DNA of 64,000 nt from Gammaproteobacteria bacterium (GTDB lineage Bacteria; Pseudomonadota; Gammaproteobacteria; HK1), in assembly GCA_011775625.1 (NCBI GenBank), contig JAABYT010000039.1, positions 34,564-98,563 on the forward strand, given 5' to 3'. Below the pieces are notes generated by a model, which ran no database searches, was not told where the DNA came from, and was given only the letters and a program-made list of their open reading frames with translations. The translations under genes were made by a program, and so were the position numbers. Shown here piece after piece: positions 58,121-64,000 of the stretch; positions within the stretch are counted from its first letter, which is position 1; each line of letters opens with the position of its first letter.

Positions 58121-58892
58121 TCCAATCTCTCCCCACGGCTGTCATCGCGGCCGCCGCCTGCGCCTGCTGAGCTACAACATCCAGGCCGGCATTGCCTACC
58201 ACCATTATGGGCATTATCTCACCCGCAGCTGGCGGCACGTCGTCCCGCATCGCATGCAACGCGAAAATCTCGACGACATCGCCGGCTGCCTCGGCGGTTA
58301 CGACGTCGTCGCCCTGCAGGAGACCGACGCCGGCAGCCTGCGCACCGGTTACACCAATCAGACGGAGTATCTCGCGCGGGTCTCGAACTTTCCCTACTGG
58401 ATCGATCAGACCAACCGGCACCTGGGACGCTTCGCGAGGCACAGCAATGGTCTTCTCAGTCGCTGGCCGCCGGTGGATGTCTCGCGTCACCGCCTTCCCG
58501 GTCTGCCCGGGCGCGGCGCGCTGGTGGCGCAGATCGGCGCCGAGGGCGCCCCGGTCGCCGTGTTCGTGCTGCATCTGGCGCTCGGGCGCGGCACGCGTGT
58601 TCGCCAGATCGGCTACCTCGCCGAGCTCGTCAACCAGTTCCCGCACGTGATTTTCATGGGTGATCTCAACTGCGATCCATCGAGCCCCGAGATGCAGATG
58701 CTCACCCGCAACACGCGCCTGGCGGTGCCGGTGCGCCATCACGGCACCTACCCGAGCTGGCGTCCGCGGCGGCGCATCGATCACATACTCGTCACCCCGG
58801 AGATCCGCATCGAGCGCAGCTTCGTGCCGCGCTGGCGGTATTCCGATCATCTGCCCATCGCCATGGAAGTGTTGCTGCCCGGGTCTCCCTGA
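58086..58892 (+). CDS. Endonuclease/exonuclease/phosphatase (EEP) family protein
   Basis: Motifs LLSYNIQAG, VVALQETD, MGDLNC and SDHLPI. The only in-frame start (ATG 58086) overlaps the divergent gene's 5' end by 35 nt. Confidence 0.75.
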   Translation: MSTTSSGSAASNPISPHGCHRGRRLRLLSYNIQAGIAYHHYGHYLTRSWRHVVPHRMQRENLDDIAGCLGGYDVVALQETDAGSLRTGYTNQTEYLARVSNFPYWIDQTNRHLGRFARHSNGLLSRWPPVDVSRHRLPGLPGRGALVAQIGAEGAPVAVFVLHLALGRGTRVRQIGYLAELVNQFPHVIFMGDLNCDPSSPEMQMLTRNTRLAVPVRHHGTYPSWRPRRRIDHILVTPEIRIERSFVPRWRYSDHLPIAMEVLLPGSP

Positions 58893-58985
58893 CGGCCCGA
58901 CGCCGGGCGCCGTATCCCGGTTGACTTCCCCGCAGGTGGCTCTCGACAATAGCGGCTCGTTCATGCGGGTCGCGAAGCATCGGGT

Positions 58986-59579
58986 GTGAGGTCTTTCTGC
59001 CAGGCGTGCGAGAACAACAAAGGCCCGATTCTCGATGTTCTGCGCCCCCTGCTCGCCGGCAGGCGCAACGTGCTGGAGATCGGCAGCGGCACCGGCCAGC
59101 ATGCCGCGTTTTTCGCTGCCGAGCTGCCCGACGTCGTATGGCAGAGCAGCGATGTCGCTGACAATCACGCCGGTATCGAGGCCTGGATCGAAGGCATCGA
59201 GAACGCGCCCGCGCCGCTGCTGCTCGACGTCGACCGCGATGACTGGCCTGCGCGGCGTTACGATGCCGCGTTCAGCGCCAACACCGCGCACATCATGCCG
59301 TGGGCGACGGTGGTGAGGATGTTCGAGGGCGTCTCGCGGCTCCTCGTCGCCGGCGGCGTGTTCGCCCTCTACGGGCCTTTCAACTACGGCGGCGCGTACA
59401 CCAGCGAGGGCAACGCCCGTTTCGACCGAGTGCTGCGTGCGCGCGATGCCCATATGGGCATTCGCGACGTCGAGGCCGTGACGGCGCTCGGCGCCCGTGT
59501 CGCGATGACGCTGATCGCGGACCACGCCATGCCGGCCAACAACCGCACGCTCGTGTGGCAGCGGGATGGCGCGCGGTAA
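58986..59579 (+). CDS. DUF938-family class I SAM-dependent methyltransferase-like protein
   Basis: Motifs NKGPILDVL, VLEIGSGTGQH, NTAHIMPW, LYGPF, TSEGNARFD and NNRTLVW. Confidence 0.75.
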   Translation: MRSFCQACENNKGPILDVLRPLLAGRRNVLEIGSGTGQHAAFFAAELPDVVWQSSDVADNHAGIEAWIEGIENAPAPLLLDVDRDDWPARRYDAAFSANTAHIMPWATVVRMFEGVSRLLVAGGVFALYGPFNYGGAYTSEGNARFDRVLRARDAHMGIRDVEAVTALGARVAMTLIADHAMPANNRTLVWQRDGAR

Positions 59580-59585
59580 GGCCCG

Positions 59586-60290
59586 GTGCTCGAATTACGC
59601 CACGTCAGCAAATCCTACCGCGAGGCGCACACGCGACGCGCGGTGCTCACCGATGTGGATTTATCCGTCGGGGACGGCGAGTTCGTCGCCGTCACCGGCC
59701 GCAGCGGGACGGGCAAGTCGACGCTTCTCAATCTGATCAGCGGCATCGATGTGCCGGACAGCGGCACCATCTGGCTCGACGGGGTCGATCTCACCGCCCT
59801 CGGCGAGCGCGAGCGCACCCTGAAGAGGCGGCATGCGGTCGGCTTCGTGTTCCAGTTCTTCAATCTCATCCCGACGCTGAGCGTTGCGGAGAATCTGCTG
59901 CTGCCGCTCGAGCTCATCGGTTGCCCGGCCGACGCTGCGCGCGCGCGCGTCACTGAGCTGCTCGAGCGCGTCGAGCTCGCGTCGCGCGCCGAGAGCTTTC
60001 CCGACCGCCTCTCCGGCGGCGAGCAGCAGCGGGTCGCGGTGGCCCGCGCGCTGGTTCACGAGCCGCGGCTGGTGCTCGCCGACGAGCCGACCGGCAATCT
60101 CGACGCCGAGACGGGGCGCATCGTGCTCGGCCTGCTCTCGGACATGATTCGCGACGCGGCGAAGACGCTCATCGTCGTGACCCACAGCGAGGAAGCGGCG
60201 GCGCGGGCCGATCGCGTTCTGCGCCTCGAGGGGGGCGCCGTGCGCGAGGCGCCACCGGCTTCCGGTTCAATAGGTCGCGCGCCGCGGTGA
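59586..60290 (+). CDS. ABC transporter ATP-binding protein (LolD/MacB-type)
   Basis: Walker A GRSGTGKST, signature LSGGEQQRV and Walker B LVLADEPTGNLD. Confidence 0.9.
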   Translation: MLELRHVSKSYREAHTRRAVLTDVDLSVGDGEFVAVTGRSGTGKSTLLNLISGIDVPDSGTIWLDGVDLTALGERERTLKRRHAVGFVFQFFNLIPTLSVAENLLLPLELIGCPADAARARVTELLERVELASRAESFPDRLSGGEQQRVAVARALVHEPRLVLADEPTGNLDAETGRIVLGLLSDMIRDAAKTLIVVTHSEEAAARADRVLRLEGGAVREAPPASGSIGRAPR

Positions 60291-62824
60291 CCGCGACGCT
60301 GTGGCGTGCGAGCCTGCGCTACGGGCTTCGGCATCCGTGGCAGGCCGGTCTGTCGCTGCTCGGCATTGCGCTCGGTGTCGCCGTGGTCGTGTCCATCGAT
60401 CTCTGCATCGACAGCGCCCGTCGTGCCTTCGTGCTGTCCAACCAGGCGGTGCTCGGTGCCAGCACCCACCGTCTCGAGGGTGGATCGCTGGGCATCGACG
60501 AGCGCGTCTACGCGCGCCTGCGCAGCGATCTTCCCGGCCTGCGCGCGGCGCCGGTGGTGGAAGGCTATGCCGCCGGCGAGGACGGCGTGGCGTTGCGGAT
60601 ACTGGGTATCGACGTGTTCGCCGAGAGGCCGTTTCGTCCGCGCCTCGAGCGCTCGGCCAGCGGGCAACGCGAGGTGCTGGTGCGGCTGCTCGGCGAGCCG
60701 GGCAGCGCGCTCGTTTCCGGCGACACCGCGGCGCGGCTCGGCGTGGATGTCGGCGATACCTTCAGCGTGGTCGTGAATGGCCGGCGCCGCGCGCTCGTGC
60801 TGATCGCCTTGCTCGACGTCGCTGACGTGCTCGACAGAGCCTCTCTCTCGGACCTCGTCGTCACCGACATCGCCACCGCCCAGGAGCTGCTCGAGCGCCT
60901 CGGGCGCCTCAGCCACGTGGACCTGATCGCCGATGCCGGGGAGCAGCGCCGCGTTCGCGCGCAGCTGCCCGCCGGCGTGCGGCTCGTGCGCACGGCCAGC
61001 GGCTCGCGCTTCGCCGAGCGCATGACCGGAGCGTTCAATCTCAATCTGGTGATGCTCGGCCTGCTGGCGCTGATGGTGGGGATGTTTCTGGTCTACAACA
61101 CGGTCACGTTCTCGGTCGTGCAGCGGCGCGAGCTGATTGGCCAGCTGCGCGCCACCGGCGTGACCCGCGGCGAGATCTTCACGCTGGTCCTGGCCGAGGC
61201 GGCGCTCGTCGCGCTGCTCGCCGTGGCCCTCGGGCTCGCTCTCGGCGTGGGCCTCGCCGAGCAGCTGGTGGGGCTCGTCAGCCGCACCATCAACGACCTG
61301 TATTTCCGTGTCAACGTCAGCACCCTGACGATCACGCCGTGGGTGCTCGCCAAGGGCGCCGTCGTCGGACTGGCGGCGGCGCTCGCGGCAGCCGCGGTGC
61401 CGGCGCTCGAGGCGACGCGGGTCGCGCCGCGCGCGGCCATGGCGCGCTCTCTGCTCGAGGGCCGCCTGCGCCGGCGCCTGCCCATGGCGAGCCTGGCAGG
61501 GGCTGCCGGGCTGCTGCTCGCCGCAGTGCTGGTGTGGCTGCCCGGCGATTCGCCGGCCGTCGGCTTCGCGGCCCTGTTCGTGCTGGTGTTCGGCTGCGCG
61601 CTGCTGGCGCCGGGCGCCACGGTGGTGCTGCTGCGGGTGCTGCGCCCCTTTTCGCAGTGGTCGGGCGGCTGGCTCGGACGGCTGGCGCTGCGCGGCGTCG
61701 CGGCCAATCTGAGCCGCACCGCGGTGGCGGTGGCGGCGCTCATGGTGGCCCTGTCGGCGACCGTCGGCGTCGGCGTGATGGTGGACAGCTTCCGGCGCAG
61801 CGTCTCGAGCTGGCTCGATCTGACCATGCGCGCCGACATGTACGTCGGCCTGCCGGGCACGACCGGTGAGCGGGCCATCGATCCGCCGGTGATCGCGCGC
61901 GTTGCCGCGCTGCCCGGAGTCGCCGAGGTGAGCGCCGGGCGCGGCGTCACGGTGGCGGCCGAGCTCGGCGACGAGCCGCGATCGGTGGAGCTGGTGGCGA
62001 TCGCCATGGCGCGCGCAAGCTATGCGGGTTTCAAGCTTCTCGCCGGCGACGCGGCTCGCGTCTGGCCGGCTTTCGACAGCGGCGGTGCGGTGCTGGTGAG
62101 CGAATCGTTCGCGCGTCGCGAACGCCTAGCGCCTGGCGATCGGGTCAGCCTGCACACCGACCACGGCGTGCATGCGTTTCCGCTGGCGGCGGTGTATCGC
62201 GATTACGGCTCCGAGCACGGCACCATCGTCATGTCGCGGGCGAGCTACGATCGCCACTGGAACGACCCGGCGGTGTCGACCCTCGGCGTCTACGCGGGCG
62301 AGGGCGTCGACACCGGCATCCTGCGTGGCGCCGTTGCCGAGGCCATCGGCGGCGATCAGCACCTGGAGGTGCGTGATACGCGCGCCATCAAGAAAGCGTC
62401 CATGGCGGTGTTCGATCGCACCTTCACGATCACCTCGGTGCTCAGAGCGCTCGCTACCATCATCGCGTTCGTCGGCATCTTGAGCGCGTTGATGGCGCTG
62501 CAGCTCGAGCGCGCCAAGGAGATCGCGGTGCTGCGCGCCCAGGGGCTGACCCCGGCGGAGGTCTGGCAGCTCGTTCAGACCCAGACCGGCGTCATGGGCC
62601 TCATCGCCGGCGTGCTGTCGCTGCCGGTGGGCGTGGCCATGGCGCTGATTCTGATCCTGGTCATCAATCTGCGCTCGTTCGGCTGGAGCATGGACGTGCA
62701 CGTGGATCCCGCGATTCTGCTGCAGGCCGTGGCTCTGGCGGTGGCGGCAGCGCTGATTGCCGGCGTCTACCCCGCCTACCGCATGGCGCGGGTCTCACCC
62801 GCCGGTGCGCTGCGAGAGGATTAG
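60287..62824 (+). CDS. ABC transporter permease with two FtsX-type domains (YbbP-like)
   Basis: 845 aa with two 4-TM FtsX modules separated by large periplasmic domains. 4-nt overlap with the ATPase gene. Confidence 0.85.
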   Translation: MTATLWRASLRYGLRHPWQAGLSLLGIALGVAVVVSIDLCIDSARRAFVLSNQAVLGASTHRLEGGSLGIDERVYARLRSDLPGLRAAPVVEGYAAGEDGVALRILGIDVFAERPFRPRLERSASGQREVLVRLLGEPGSALVSGDTAARLGVDVGDTFSVVVNGRRRALVLIALLDVADVLDRASLSDLVVTDIATAQELLERLGRLSHVDLIADAGEQRRVRAQLPAGVRLVRTASGSRFAERMTGAFNLNLVMLGLLALMVGMFLVYNTVTFSVVQRRELIGQLRATGVTRGEIFTLVLAEAALVALLAVALGLALGVGLAEQLVGLVSRTINDLYFRVNVSTLTITPWVLAKGAVVGLAAALAAAAVPALEATRVAPRAAMARSLLEGRLRRRLPMASLAGAAGLLLAAVLVWLPGDSPAVGFAALFVLVFGCALLAPGATVVLLRVLRPFSQWSGGWLGRLALRGVAANLSRTAVAVAALMVALSATVGVGVMVDSFRRSVSSWLDLTMRADMYVGLPGTTGERAIDPPVIARVAALPGVAEVSAGRGVTVAAELGDEPRSVELVAIAMARASYAGFKLLAGDAARVWPAFDSGGAVLVSESFARRERLAPGDRVSLHTDHGVHAFPLAAVYRDYGSEHGTIVMSRASYDRHWNDPAVSTLGVYAGEGVDTGILRGAVAEAIGGDQHLEVRDTRAIKKASMAVFDRTFTITSVLRALATIIAFVGILSALMALQLERAKEIAVLRAQGLTPAEVWQLVQTQTGVMGLIAGVLSLPVGVAMALILILVINLRSFGWSMDVHVDPAILLQAVALAVAAALIAGVYPAYRMARVSPAGALRED

Positions 62825-62895
62825 CCGGCGCGGCGCGCACAACCGCTGCACAGGCGAAGCGCCCATCGAGAGCTGCGATGGCCGCGCATCGAGGT

Positions 62896-63975
62896 CTACG
62901 CGTTGCCGAGGATGGCGACCTTGCGAGCCGCGGCGAAGTCCATCATGCGCTGCACCGGAATCGCGGCGCGGGCGCGAATGGACTCCTCGATGAGGATTTC
63001 GTTGTTGCCGGTCTCCAGCACCTCGACCAGGTTGGCCAGGCCGTTCATGGCCATCCAGGGGCAGTGCGCGCAGCTCTCGCAGGTCGCGCCCTCACCGGCG
63101 GTGGGCGCTTCGATGAGCTTCTTGCCCGGCGCCAGCTCGCGCATCTTGTGAAAGATGCCGCGATCGGTGGCGACGATGAACGTGTCGTTGGGCATGCTCT
63201 GCACCGCCTCGATGAGCGTGCTGGTGGAGCCGACCACGTCGGCGAGCGCGATCACCGCCGGCGGCGATTCGGGGTGCACCAGCACCGCAGCGTGGGGCAG
63301 CTTCTCGCGCAACCGCTCGAGCGCATCGGCCTTGAAAGCTTCGTGCACCACGCACGATGCCTGCCACATGAGCATGTCCGCGCCGGTCATGCGCTGGATG
63401 TAGTCGCCGAGAAAGCGATCCGGTGCCCACAGGATCTTCTCGCCGCGATCTTTGAGGTGCCCGACGATGTCCAGCGCGATGCCCGAGGTCACCATCCAGT
63501 CGGCGCGCGCCTTCACCGCAGCGCTGGTGTTGGCGTAGACGACCACGGTGCGATCCGGATACTCGTCGCACAGCTCGGAGAAGGCATCGGCCGGACAACC
63601 CAGGTCGAGCGAGCAGTTCGCCTGCATCTCGGGGACCAGCACGCGCTTCTCCGGATTGAGAATCTTTGCCGTCTCGCCCATGAAGCGCACCCCGCACACC
63701 ACCACCGTCGACGCGTCGTGCTCGTGGCTGAACCGCGCCATGTCGAGCGAATCCGCCACGTGTCCGCCGGTCTCGTCGGCGAGCGTCTGCAAATCCGGAT
63801 CGGTGTAGTAGTGGGCGACCAGCACGGCGTCCCGCTCTCGCAGCAGCCTCTTGGCGCGCTCGCGCAGCGCCTTGCGCGCGTCGGCGTCGAGAGGCGGGTT
63901 GATGCGAGCGACCGTGGCTGCATCGGGAATCTGCACCGGGAAGGAGAGAGGCGCGTTCATCGTCTGTTCCCTCAT
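62896..63975 (-). CDS. nadA: Quinolinate synthase
   Basis: Motifs [35 protein letters not shown] and CAHCPWM. Confidence 0.93.
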   Translation of the reverse strand: MREQTMNAPLSFPVQIPDAATVARINPPLDADARKALRERAKRLLRERDAVLVAHYYTDPDLQTLADETGGHVADSLDMARFSHEHDASTVVVCGVRFMGETAKILNPEKRVLVPEMQANCSLDLGCPADAFSELCDEYPDRTVVVYANTSAAVKARADWMVTSGIALDIVGHLKDRGEKILWAPDRFLGDYIQRMTGADMLMWQASCVVHEAFKADALERLREKLPHAAVLVHPESPPAVIALADVVGSTSTLIEAVQSMPNDTFIVATDRGIFHKMRELAPGKKLIEAPTAGEGATCESCAHCPWMAMNGLANLVEVLETGNNEILIEESIRARAAIPVQRMMDFAAARKVAILGNA

Positions 63976-64000
63976 TTGATAATCTGCACTTCCTGGGGGT

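Noticed and set aside
57708-59525. 605-aa ORF on the minus strand across the EEP and DUF938 genes
   Set aside because: It runs antisense to two motif-bearing plus-strand genes and through their intergenic region. No motifs.

Overview
High-GC (about 67%) chromosomal core region, most likely from a gammaproteobacterium. The order mtaD-ubiG / gyrA-serC-pheA-hisC-tyrA-aroA-cmk-rpsA-ihfB-lapB-pyrF matches Pseudomonas-type synteny. Coding density is very high: I call about 60 CDS, many joined by 1-4 nt start/stop overlaps. I see no rRNA, tRNA, CRISPR array, transposase or integrase. Almost all long ORFs in the track that lie antisense to these genes are high-GC shadow ORFs. Main content: (i) housekeeping blocks (dksA-gluQ, cysZ, queF, smc-zipA-ligA, gyrA, the aromatic amino acid operon, rpsA-ihfB, ilvD, mtgA, nrdR-ribD-ribE-ribH-nusB, thiL-pgpA, mutH, nadA); (ii) a polyamine catabolism cluster (PuuD-like, PuuA-like, aminotransferase) next to argA; (iii) an approx 8 kb block lying between nusB and thiL, which are normally adjacent. 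This block encodes a small membrane ORF, a CbrA-like SSS-domain histidine kinase, a CbrB-like sigma-54 activator, a near-consensus sigma-54 promoter with a palindromic upstream site, a 664-aa SSS transporter, a 250-nt structured 3' region ending in a textbook terminator, and a small-membrane-protein/TPR pair. Non-coding features seen directly in the sequence: a cobalamin riboswitch on the minus strand at the left edge (under a spurious ORF), the sigma-54 promoter, an intrinsic terminator, and several hairpins and short repeats. The most unusual protein-level observation is a second, motif-degenerate ThiL-like gene translationally coupled to mutH. Its conserved segments look complementary to those of the syntenic thiL. 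Everything was done by eye. Hand-derived coordinates for starts and small motifs may be off by 1-3 nt, and all family assignments are from motif recognition, not searches.
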